Positions 33,700 through 45,664 of a stretch of DNA of 64,000 nucleotides are shown here, in pieces. The notes beneath the pieces were generated by a model. The model searched no databases. It was not told the origin of the DNA and saw only the letters and a program-made list of their open reading frames with translations. Positions within the stretch are counted from its first letter, which is position 1, and the number at the start of each line of letters is the position of its first letter. A program made the position numbers and the translations under genes. This DNA is from Octopus bimaculoides (taxonomy: Eukaryota), in the NCBI RefSeq assembly GCF_001194135.2, contig NC_068984.1, positions 54,520,937-54,584,936 of the forward strand, written 5' to 3'.

Positions 33700-35810
33700 A
33701 GTCCCCCACTTATACTAAAGTGCGAGACGTTCCCAAGAATGTTTCTAGACGCCTGAAGAAATCTAGTCTTCCAGCCCCTCTTGGGGCATAAACTGCTACT
33801 AGTTTGAAGGCTCGACCTTCGTTGCCATTCACGTCCAGGACCACCACCCTATCATCCGGATAGCCCGTACTTGGAGATCTAAGGATCTCGGAGTTGTACT
33901 GCCACACCGCCACACGCTCCCGATAGACTACAAGATGAGAATACCTCGTAGTCCTCGAAAATGGATGCCAGAACGTGTTTTCCGAAGATCCTTGTTTTAC
34001 TAACGGCAGCCTCATCCAAATCAACTGACCGGAGATCGTCGAGCAAGTGACCTTGCTTCCAAGGTTATTCCAGGTCAAGTACATTCATACATCCCATTCT
34101 CAGCACGGTCATGCTAGTCGGTGAAGGAAAAGGAGTAGGTTACTCACCATGATTTTTGAGAAGCCCGGAAGTTCCGAGGCTCTCTGCTGGAGAAAATTTT
34201 TAAAAGCATTTTATCAACGGATTATTTTAAAATCCCCACACTACACGGGGATTTTTCTATAGTTTTATAAACGTCTGACGACTTTTTAATGAAGAGTCTG
34301 TCCTTTCTCTCTGTCTCTGTCTTGCTTTTGTTTTGACTTACAACATCCATCAATCCACTGTTACACTTGTTCACAACAGTGAAATTGATAGATACATTTC
34401 GTCTACAATCTGATGAATATTTTTGAAGTTCTGAAATTGGTTGTTTCTGTTTTTCTGTGAGTTCATGCTGTTGTTGATGATGTTGCTGATTTTGAAGTTG
34501 ATTTTGTTCTTGTTGTTTTTGTTGGAATGTTTGTGAACTGTTACAGTTGTGGTTTCAGCATAAGTTTTTGCTAATTTCTTGGAGTAGGGCTATGTATTCT
34601 CCTCCACTTTCGCCTACCCACTCTTGTCATTGTGATCATTGATCGTTCAGCTCTTCTTTCTCCATGTCATTGCAGTTGATGTTGAATTAGGAGGAAGAGC
34701 GTTCAAGAGGAACTTGCTTTTCTGTGGCAACCGAGGGTAGACTCCTTCTTTGTCTTGGTTTGGGAGTGGGTGTGAGCGTGGGAGTAGGTGTAGGAGACTT
34801 GAGAACTTGTTTATGATTTTGTACTTGTGGTGTTTGTAGTGTTAGCAGCAGTGGGGATTTAGTTTTCCTTGTTTCAGGGCAGGAAGCTTTTAAGTGAGTT
34901 ACAGATCCACATATATGGCATCTTGGCTTTCTACCTTCTACTAATGCTGACAGGTGAGTACCATCAAGGAGATCGATTAAATCGGATAGCTGGTTGATAT
35001 GGTCCTACTTGCATTGCAAGGCCAGTTCCGTACTTGTACCTAACCAGTTTTGCTTAGGTATTTTCTTAACCTCCAAGATTGTCACTTCATCTTCTTCTAA
35101 ACCTGCCAAGACGACCGCCACTAACCAGGTAATGGATATTTCTGGCGGCTCATTCAGCACCCTAATCTTGGCAAAGTTTTGGCCGCGAAAGCTGGGGATT
35201 AAGAAAAAGTTGTCATTCCTCAAAGTGGTTGCGGAATTGCATCTAGCTTCTTCTTCGTCCCAAATCTCACCTCAGTGGTTCCAGACTTCTTTCCTTGGGT
35301 GATGTGGGCACATTTGTATTTCACTCTCAGGAACATTTTCCACCCGCCGAGACTTGACTCCAATGCAACGGTATGTTACCGTGCACCTCAAAATATTTTC
35401 TATCACGTCGGACGGCTGGTTTAAAGCTACCCTACTCCCATCTCTTTTTACAAATTTTCTTGCCAATTTTAATTCTTCATCTATGTGGAAACTTCCCATA
35501 TTTCCCGCCGCAAAAGACGCAGAGGCGATATTTGCGTTTTTATGTTTCTTTCGTACTGTTGCTGCTGTTATTATTATTGGTGTTGTTGTTGCTGTCACTG
35601 CTGCTGCTGTTGCTGTTGTTGTTCTCGTTGACGACACCAAAAGTTTTGACGTTGCTTAGAGACGAAACATCTTTCGCTTCGGGGATGTCATTAAGTTTAG
35701 GCCTTTCGATATTCATATTCTCAATTCTTTCCTCGTTTTCAATTTTCTCCGACAAGGAACGCGTTCCTTTGTCGAGCATTATTATGATGGCTTCTTTATC
35801 GGCCATCTTT
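33700..35810 (-). mobile_element. 5' part of a Tx1/L1-like LINE: ORF1 (gag-like) pseudogene plus ORF2 endonuclease start
   Basis: ATG at 35806 (MADKEAII...), Asn/Ser tract, CX2CX4HX4C knuckle CHICGSVTHLKASC (about 34880-34925), Pro/Thr and Gln-rich tail, then RVVVLDVNG..FKLVAVYAP..RLDFFRRLETFL. Confidence 0.88.
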
Positions 35811-36049
35811 AAATAATTAAAGAAAATTGCAAAATATTTGTTTTTGCCGAAAGCAGTTAAAATTCAAAACTAATTGATGCGCACCCCTGCTAAACAGGAG
35901 GTCTATTTCTACACAAAAATACTATCTGCGCAATCCAGACAATCTCAGAAATGTAATGGTAACAATAAAAATGAAAACACGGGGTCTTAGAAGGCTGAAA
36001 AGATTATAAACACTTTTTCAATTTCTGTAACTTTGAAGTATGGCAGCTG

Positions 36050-37989
36050 GGTACGAAAAGGATGTAGGAAGAGTTCTCAGAGTACAAAGAATCACCTGGT
36101 CATCGATAAAACAGTTTTTAAAAAACATCATACAAGCATGTCTATGGCTTGAATTGACTTTAAGAAGGCATATGATGTGATGCCTCATTCTTGGATCGTT
36201 GAATGCCTGCAGATGATTGGTGCTGCTGACAACATCACAAATTTTCTAATGCATAGCATGAAAGAGTGGAAAACCAAATTGTACTTAAGTAATATATTCC
36301 TTGGAGAAGTTAATATTAAAAGGGGAATATTTCCAAGGCGACACGTTTTCTCCGTTACTTTTTTTAATTGCACTAATACCCATAACAATGACACTTAGGA
36401 AAGTTAAGATGGGTTACTGATGTGGGAAGAAAGGCCCATCATTGAACCATCTTCTATTTATGGATGACTGGAATTGGTTGGGAGGTTTGAAAAACAGATA
36501 GATTCCTTAATCAAAATAGTCCAGAAGTGTGGTAGGGACATCGGTATGGAATTTGGGATTACCAAATGCTCAGTACTTAATATGAAAAGAGGGAAGAAAG
36601 CAGCTTGCAGAGGATTGCGGTTACCATTAGGAGAGACCATATGTGAACCCGACGGTAATGGATATAGATATTTAGGGATTTTGGAACTGGATGACATCTT
36701 ACACTGAGAAATGAAAAGTCAAGGGTCAGCGAAGTGTGTCAAAAAAGTGTGAAGATGATGTTGAAATCGAACCTGAATGCCAAAATTTCGATTACCGCAA
36801 CGAATATCTGGGCAGTTGCGGTGGTCAGATATTGTGCGTCTATCTTCAGATGGACTAAGAAGGAAATATCAACACTGGATAGAAGGATGAGAAAGTTGAT
36901 GACGCTGCATGGGGCGCTACACCCTAAAGCAAACGTAAACAGAATGTATATGAAAAGAAAGAATGGTGGCAGAGGACTAGTTAGTATAGACCATTGTATA
37001 AGGAGTGAAAGGAGAACGTTTGCCGAATATTTGATAAATTGTGATGAAGATCTGCTGTAATATGCCGTGAAAGATATGGGTGTAAATGCAAATGAAATGA
37101 TGGGCAAGGAAGAGTTTAAACAGAGCTGAGGAGAAGAGAAAAGGCCTTCTCGAAATGAGAATGCATGGACAGTTTGAAAGGAATGCACAAAACGTTAAGG
37201 ATAATACAGCATCGTGGGCATGGCTTGATTTGAATCGTACCACCATTACTGTACAAGACCAGGCTCTCGTTACCAATTCAGTGAAGTATAACATCTATAA
37301 AAACTTATGATACCTAGAAATGTAGACTTTGTGGAAAGAGTGTGGAAAATATGACCCACTTGGTAAGTGGATGTGAGAGCCTTGCATAAAAAGAATACAA
37401 GCGTCGCCACGATAAAGTGTGTGTGTATCTTCATTGGCTCTTATGCCGTAAATACTAATTTGAAGTAACAGAGAACTGGTATGAGCATGTACCAAGTAAA
37501 GTTATGCAGGAGGATGGAAAAGTAACGATAGTCTGGGGGTATGATTTTCAGAAGGATCGTGTAATCAAGCACCGTCGGCCGGATATTGTCATATTGAATA
37601 AGAGAGACAAGTACTGTCAGATCATTGATGTAGCCATACCAAATGACATGAATGTTGTGAGTAAAGAAGTTGAAAAAAAATCACCAAGTACTCTGAATTG
37701 AAAGTGGGAATGGCAAGACTGTATGGAATGCGAGAGGGTAATGTAAAAGTGATACCAATGGTGATCGGAGCGTTGGGCTCAATCCAATTGAAACTTCAAA
37801 ATTTCTGAAGGCAACTGGAAATCCCATGCAAGATTGATGTCTTGCAAAAAGCAGCCTTATTGGACACAGTGCACATCTTAAGGAAAGTATTATCTGTCTG
37901 AGGTCCTTGATGTGACTTGACAGATGCCTAAAGTCTCCGGTGCATTTTTTATCTACACTGTGTTACGAAGGAATAATGATAATAATAAG
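36050..37989 (+). pseudogene. Dong/R4-like LINE, 5'-truncated (RT, zinc finger, REL endonuclease)
   Basis: IDFKKAYD..PHSWI.ECL; LNHLLFMDD; GGRGL; AWL...QDQAL; HDKV; RPDIVIL....CQIIDVAIPND; VIGALG; LQKAALL..HILRKVL*. Ends in an AAT-type tail. Confidence 0.93.
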
Positions 37990-38049
37990 GGAGTATTGAA
38001 AGCAGAGAAAAAAGGGAAAAAATAAAGGAAGAAGTACAAAAAGGACATA

Positions 38050-38907
38050 AAGAAGCATTACGTAACAAAGGACTACACAATCAATTCCATGTAGTCACAA
38101 CCGGAGTTGCTGGAAAACATAGTTGGGATTGGCTGAAGAAAAGAGCACTGAAAAAGAGACTGTGAGCACTATTCTGCCAGCGCAAGACCAAGCACCGGCC
38201 ACGAATTGGAGGGTCAACCTTAGGAATGAGCAAGTGTCTCCCCGCTGTGTCGCATCTGTAATAGAGTGAACGAAGCCATTTCCCATTTCACGAACGACTC
38301 CGCTAGAGTTGCCCAAAACCATTACAAGTTGTAGCGACACGATAAGATAGCGAAAGTGCTACATTTGAAACTGTGCGTAAAGTGGGGGTTAGAGAAAGGC
38401 AAGACGTGGTATGAACACAAACAGCAGAGAGTGGCGGAGTCGGAGACTTGCAAAATCCTCTGAGATTTCTCAATCCAAAGAGATCAAGTGCATAACAGAC
38501 TGGACCTAGTGGTGGTAGACAGGCACACCACATGTCCTATATAGTTGATGTTGTGTGTCCCTTTGATCTATGAATAGTCAAAAAGGGTGGGTGGGGAAAA
38601 ATAAAAGATAAATACAACCTTCTTAAGAACGAAATAGCCCGGCTATGGAAAATGAAGAAGGTGAAGGTAGTGCCAATTATTGTTGGGTCTTGGGGATAAT
38701 ATGAAAGGCATCATGAGGAATATAAAGAAAATCGAAATAGAGTGCCCAGTAGAACTGTTACAAAAGGTTTGCCTGCTTGGCACGGTCAGAATAATCAGGG
38801 AAGTATTAGATAGTTGAAAAGAATAGACAGCATGGAACTGTAGGCTGCAGGTAGCAAGCCTACCACGCATGCATGACTTCAAAAGTTCAAGACCTGAAAT
38901 ACAAAGA

Positions 38908-38942
<35 letters not shown>
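38050..38942 (+). mobile_element. Second Dong/R4-like LINE 3' fragment ending in (AAT)n
   Basis: LHNQF..WDWLKK..LKKET...AQDQA; RHDKIA; VKVVPIIVG; LLQKVCLLGTVRIIREVL. (AAT)n at 38908-38942. Confidence 0.9.
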
Positions 38943-38943
<1 letters not shown>

Positions 38944-39057
38944 CACTTTCAATACAGTAACCATAAGAGCATCACAGCAAACCACAGCACATACCCAAGG
39001 CACACAGAGCTGCGCTCGGTAGTGAAGTGAAAGCACGTTATAAAAATAAAACTACTG

Positions 39058-39143
<86 letters not shown>
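38943..39143 (+). mobile_element. Extreme 3' end of a third LINE subfamily plus (AAC)n(AAT)n tail
   Basis: aacactttcaatacagtaa... 115-bp unique segment bounded by AAT/AAC tracts. The LINE assignment is from context and recognition. Confidence 0.55.
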
Positions 39144-39144
<1 letters not shown>

Positions 39145-39550
39145 GAACCTTAGGAATGCTGCATCTGCAAGAGTGTGGATGAAACCATTGCCCATATCAC
39201 GAACGAATGCCCTAGACTTGCTTCAAACCACTACAAGTTGTGGCGACACGACCAGGTAGCGGAAGTGCCGCATTGGAAACCGTGCTAAAAGTGGGGGATA
39301 GAGTGAGGCAAGGCGTTGTATGAGCACAAACCGCAGAGGGTGGCGGAGCTGGAGACCAGCAAGATCCTCTGGAATTTCCATATCCAAACAGATCATAATA
39401 GACCGGACCTAGAGTGGTGATGGACGAGGTGCACCACATATGCTATACAGTTGATGCTGCATGCCCCTTTGACCCACAAATAATCAAGAAGGAAGGCAAA
39501 AAGATAGATAGATAGATACAACCTTCTTAAGTCCGAAATAGCTCAGTTAT
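39144..39550 (+). mobile_element. Fourth Dong/R4-like fragment (same family as 38050-38942)
   Basis: Colinear with about 38215-38640 (aaccttaggaatg...cattacaagttgt.gcgacacga...gacc.gacctag.gtgg). Confidence 0.85.
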
Positions 39551-39986
39551 GTAAAATGATGATAATGACGATTGTGATGATGAAAGTAGCGAGAATGGTT
39601 CGAGTGAACGGGCTTGCCTTCAGCATACGCCTGCAGTTGGAAAAAGGAAAGGAAACGAGAAAAGGCACCTGCCCCAAAAGTCAGGGCACTCATGGTTTTT
39701 ATGGAGTTTTTCCATGAGCAGCCCTCGAACGTCTCCTCCCTATTGAGAATTATACATTGTTGATCTCTTTCTTTTTTCATTATTTTATTAGCCTTGCTTA
39801 CACGCAGAACCGTCACAACTACACACACTCACATGCATGCACACACACACATTTTTTTGTTTTGTCCTGTGCTGTCCGTAATGTTTTTCTTCATGTAAAC
39901 CCCTGTGGTTAATAAAGAAATCATTATTATTGACGTCATAAGAATTTAGAAACTTCAGGAACAGGAAATAATTCTTTTATTAGGAA

Positions 39987-40117
39987 TTCTTCTTCTTCTT
40001 CTTCTTCTTCTTCTTCTTCTTCTTCTTCTTCTTCTTCTTCTTCTTCTTCTTCTTCTTCTTCTTCTTCTTCTTCTTCTTCTTCTTCTTCTTCTTCTTCTTC
40101 TTCTTCTTCTTCTTCTT
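39987..40117. repeat. (TTC)n microsatellite
   Basis: Pure run; source of the poly-E and poly-R ORFs. Confidence 0.97.
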
Positions 40118-40268
40118 GGCACAGACACATGTTTCATCGGAGAGAAAAAGTTTGTGAAACGAAGCAAGCTAAAATATGTAGCTGGACAGAGAAAAAATAT
40201 ATATAGAAAATAAAACGGTTAAAATATGTGAGTTTATGCTGCACTACACATACACATACAGACGCAGA

Positions 40269-40269
40269 T

Positions 40270-40314
<45 letters not shown>

Positions 40315-40353
40315 TGATAAATAGATAGATAGATAAACAAATAGATAGATGGG

Positions 40354-40392
<39 letters not shown>
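40269..40392. repeat. (AGAT)n microsatellite
   Basis: Direct inspection. Confidence 0.95.
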
Positions 40393-40411
<19 letters not shown>

Positions 40412-41207
40412 TAGAATCTGCTAATATTTAAGTGTGTTTTTTCGGGCAAATGTATGTAGTTAAATGAGCGAATTAAAGGAGAGTTTTAATATTTCCTCAA
40501 GCCAAACATGGACGACTGTGCATTCCCAGTTGGTGGAAACTTCAAGTAGTTAATAAGACCTCAGCAATAACGTCCAAAAATCTTTCTAAGAAACCAGGAA
40601 TGTAATTTGTGCAAACAACTACTTTGATGTTTAAAATCTGTCTGTGGCAGCGAGTCAAAACTGAATATTAGCATTAATAGCACGTGCTACTGAGTTTGAC
40701 ACTACTTGGTCTATATTAGTGATTCTAGTTAACATCTGTTTGCGAATTTTTGCCGAGAACAGATACAGAGTTGCAATGAATCCCCCGATGGAATATGCGA
40801 GGAAGTTATGTTGTCACATACTGCGGAAATCATCAGAAAAGATGAACATTGAAAGTTATTCCTGGAAATATTCTTGATTAGCATTTTTCGGATCATGTAA
40901 GAAAGAAAATTAAAGAAGAAAAAAAAAATGAAGAAAAAGAGATAATATAAGAGAGAAAGAAAACTCGAAAGCAAGAATATGCGAAAGGAAACCAAATACT
41001 AAAAATCTGATTCGAATCCACGAGAAAACAAACTGCCAATATCTGAGGTGTTGTTTTAATGAATTTAAAGAATTGATACTAAAACACGTATTCAAACAAA
41101 CAAATACAGACACGTACTTGTGTGTGGAGTATGAGAATGAATGTGCCTGCGTATACATACATACATACATACATACATACATACATACATACATACATAC
41201 ATACATG

Positions 41208-41456
41208 CATGGGGGTTGTCTACTCCTTAAACGGAGTTTGACCACCTCCTGCACCTACACCTTAGCCCTTTCATGGCGTCTGATGTGGCTTTTTAAACCA
41301 GACAGTGTTTTGAAAAAACACCCACACAGATTGCACCTCTGATTTGCACTACCAATACCTGCAAGTAAGTTCTGCTCATTATGGATCCTAACATGTCTTT
41401 TAAGTCCCCCATTGGATTTGCAAACCCTCTGGCACACACCACATTCAAACGTGTGC
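41208..41456 (-). mobile_element. Probable RTE-like LINE 3' end encoding two C2H2 fingers, embedded in (CATA)n
   Basis: FECGVCQRVCKSNGGLKRHVRIH...CNLCGCFFKTLSGLKSHIRRH then a stop. No TGEKP linker, short 3' tail, flanked on both sides by the tetranucleotide repeat. Confidence 0.65.
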
Positions 41457-42643
41457 ACATACATACATACATACATACATACATACATACATACATACAT
41501 AATGCATGCATACATACACGAAGGGAGGGCTGGCCAGATACATGAATGGCTGGACAGACAGTAAGACAGACAGATAGATAGATGGATGGGTGGATAAGTA
41601 GATAGATAAATAAATAGATGGATGGCTGGATAAGTAGATAGATAGATAAATAGATGGATAGATGGAAGGATAGATAAATAAAAAAATAGATAGACAGATA
41701 GACTGATGGCTAGATAGGTAGATGGAGTAATAGATACATGGCTAGATAGACAGTAATAAAAATGAAATAGTTAAAAACAAACAGGCACAGAGACACGTTT
41801 AATCATAATAAATTGAAATAGATAAAAGAACAACAGGGTAAAATACATTTTTTTAATGGACGGCTGGTTGACCATATTACTTCTATTATTAAAGAAAAAT
41901 TAACAAGCTTCTATAACTCTAGAGAAACGTGTTAGTTAACAAACTTTCTTCATGGAAACAATCCAAAGACTGTTATTGTTATATTTAGCATTTGGATATA
42001 ATCCATAAACTAAGTTTATTAACTGATGCAATTAAGGTTTAGCCATCTCCCAGAAATCCTATCTTTAAATGAATTCTAAATTGGTTCATAGGTATTATAC
42101 GTGTGTGTGTGTATGTGTACGTCTGTTCGTGTGTGTTTGTGTTTGTGTGTGTGTATGTGTGCGTGTGTATGCGTGCACGCGGTGTATGCGTGTGTGCTTG
42201 TGCACGTGTGAGTGTGAGAGAGATGGTAAGGGAGACCAAGCGTTCGTATGTGTAAGAGAATTTGTAAATGTGTGAATGTGTGCATTCAGAGTATTTGTGG
42301 AATAGATAGATAGAGAGACAGACAAACAGACAAACAGACAGGCTGACAGGCAGATAGATAGATAGATGCCTACACAGATTCGTATGCATTTCAGTGAATG
42401 CGGTGTTTGAGTATAAAAATACCCTCATATCCATTCTTAGAGTAGAACACGTAAAAATATATTCAGGATATGGAAATGCGTGATATAATTCCTATAACTT
42501 AAGCCAGAAATTCTATGGATGAGTTAAGCGCTAATGACTCGAAGAAATTAGAACCTTCTGGATTTGTCGAGAGCGCGCGAGAGAAAGAGAGAGAGAGAGA
42601 TGGGGAGTGAGATGGGGAAAGAGATGAGGAGAGAGAAATGGTG

Positions 42644-42682
<39 letters not shown>

Positions 42683-42789
42683 GGAGAGAGAGAAGTTTCT
42701 TATTTTGATGCGATATATTGGGTTTGCAAGAAAGAAATTTCGGTTTTTTAGGGTGAAATAAAAGTCATTTTTTTCATGCAAAGAATGAA

Positions 42790-43050
42790 CTTTAATCAAT
42801 TATATATTTTCCATTTTGTTCGATGACCTTTTACTATCTCTGATAAATTCATGATTCCGCGCTCATACAAGTTCTGGTCCTTATCAGGCAAAATATGAAG
42901 CAAGTTCGATTTCAGGTCATCATCATTATTGAAAATTTTACCACTCAATGAATTTTACAAACTTCGAAATAAATGGTAATCTGATGGTGCAAGGTCAGGG
43001 CTATATGGTGGATGTGACATCAGTTCCCAACCGAGCACCAATAATAAACC
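42790..43050 (-). mobile_element. Mariner transposase C-terminal fragment
   Basis: HPPYSPDLAPSDYHLFRSL*NSLSGKIFNNDDDLK. Confidence 0.85.
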
Positions 43051-43883
43051 GAAAAATTCATACCTTACCAATGATGTCTGCTAAGATATTTGTTCTACAT
43101 TGAATTAGAAGACCTACATTATTCAGTCTCGCCGTCAGAACTGCAGTGAACTCGTGACTAATTCGTAATGAGGTCATAACTAATGGGATATTTACTAATT
43201 GCGGTATAAAATAAATAAATAAATAAAAGTTTATGTCCCTCCCCGTCAGCACTCAAATTTATTTTAGAGACTCAAATTTTGCTTATAACCATAAAAAATA
43301 AATTTATCTATTTGAAGTCAACTGCCTAAATTTGAACCATTTCCGTCTAAATAAATATTCCTTTGTCATTGAGGTCTACAAGTTGATATATCTTCGAATG
43401 GTTGCAAATAATGGCTTATTAATATACGAGGGATTGTGATAATGTTTTAAATGTTAACAGTGCTACAACAAAAGTCTCTTCCTCACACTAAAACAAAATA
43501 ATTTCACTTGAACCTCATTGCCATTTTCAACTTGACTGTTGTCATTTGGTTATTTTTCTTTCGTCTTCTCTTCAGTTTATTTGAATTATTTAGCAATGTT
43601 ATCCAAAAGTAATCCATAAGTTTCAAGACTGCCATTAAGAGTGAAATGTCAGAAATGTTCAAATGAAATTCACTGAAACACTTATCAAAGAGCTGACAGC
43701 TACTAATTGTAAATTAGCTTCTTGAAACAAGTCATGTATTAGAAATACAGTATATACTTAATTATTAGTTCTTTTATCAGTTAGGTTTCAGAAATGTTAA
43801 GAAAGTAAATTACAAAAAAATAGCGAGAGGATTGATATTAATAAATGTACGTATATATCAACAATCATTAATGTTCCCCGCCA

Positions 43884-43944
<61 letters not shown>

Positions 43945-43954
43945 GTATGTATGT

Positions 43955-43987
<33 letters not shown>

Positions 43988-44034
43988 NNNNNNNNNNNNN
44001 NNNNNNNNNNNNNNNNNNNNNNNNNNNNNNNNNN

Positions 44035-44067
<33 letters not shown>

Positions 44068-44068
<1 letters not shown>

Positions 44069-44395
44069 GAGCGCTCCGTCGGTTACGACGATGAGGGTCC
44101 CAGCTGATACGATCAACGGAACAGCTTGCTTGTGAAATTAAAGTGCAGGTGGCTGAGCAACCCACAGACACATGTACCCCTAACGTAATTCTCAGGGAGA
44201 TGATTCAGTGTGATACTGAGTGTGACAAGGCTGGCCCTTTGAAATACACGTACTACTCATTTTTGCCGGCTGAGTGGACTGGAGCAACGTGAAATAAAGT
44301 GTCTTGCTCAAGGACACAACGCGTCACCGGGAATTGAACTCATGACCTTACAATCGTGAGTCAAATACCTTAACCATTAAGCCACGCACCTTCAC
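44068..44395 (-). mobile_element. SINE family C variant (same head and core, different 3' half)
   Basis: Reverse complement of the tRNA head plus gtgtccttgagcaagacactttatttcacgttgctccagtccactcagc. The tail differs from the 31491 copy. Confidence 0.85.
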
Positions 44396-44961
44396 ACACA
44401 CACACACACACATATATGCGTGTTTGTATGTGTACATACATACAAACGTACACACACACACACACACACATACATATGTGTGTTTGTATGTGTACATACA
44501 TACACACGTACACACACACATACGCTCAGGCACGAACATATATTTTCACATAGACATGGATTCATGCGCACACACCACTTACGTTGGTGACTAGTTTATA
44601 GAGTTGAGCCTGTTGCGATCCTAACTCTTATTCGCAGCTAGTCACTACATCCAGTATCAATTCTAAATATCTTTTTCCTTGAAAGGGAGAAAAGAAGTAA
44701 GTAAAAGCAAAAAGAAGTAAAATGAAAAGGAAACGGAAGAGAAAATCATGAGTTTCGGCATTACTCGTTGAATGGGGAAGAAAAAGAAATGCAGGAATTT
44801 GAATGAAAAGGAAAGGATAACAAATACAAGGTTGTCATATTTACAAACAAATTAGATGCTTCTGCTGTTTTGGAGGTTAGGTGTGGCATGGGAAGTTTTC
44901 TGTGCTTGACCAAATACTATCTTTCTTTTTGTTTTTGAGACGCAGATTAGTTTATTTATAA

Positions 44962-45028
<67 letters not shown>

Positions 45029-45029
45029 G

Positions 45030-45579
45030 AGTGAGAGAGCAGTGCATGCCATCAAAGTGACACTGGGGTAAAATATACGAAGCCCATTATACCCATCATG
45101 ACTACCCATCTGATAAGGGTGCACCAGGCACATGCATCACAACCATATGTATGCGACACGGTGATCTCATATCAAGATAAACAATGCATGACCTCGCAGG
45201 TGGGGCCCAGTTAGAAATTTCTTCAGGTCAGGTAGCCCATCCTGTTCAAAAGGTTCCTGAATAAGGTTTGTTTAAGGATGTTGAGCAAAACACCCATGTT
45301 TCCAAAAGTGAATTATTCAAACCCCAAAGAATTCCTCTCAACACATGGCTATGATGCTCCCCCACTACTTTTGCTCATGATCAGAGATGCACATATCGTC
45401 AGCCACCAAGAGACATGCTCAACTGGTTACGTTCAAACAACTGACAAGCAAATCTGTGGTATTGAGCAGAATATTTACTGTAGCCCATCTTTTATACCAA
45501 GACAAAACGTACATGATAACACTTCCAATCAGAGAAGATCAGAAGCCATGAGAGCCACTGCCTGGTACTGCATCCGGGC

Positions 45580-45580
<1 letters not shown>
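45030..45580. mobile_element. Dispersed ~550-bp repeat (family E), full copy between (TTA)n tracts
   Basis: Flanked by (TTA)n at 44964-45029 and 45581-45662. Homologous to 13046-13522. Confidence 0.85.

Positions 45581-45664
<84 letters not shown>

Noticed and set aside
41255-41515. C2H2 ORF as a host zinc-finger gene
   Set aside because: The start codon comes from the microsatellite, there are no TGEKP linkers or splice context, and the architecture fits a LINE 3' end.
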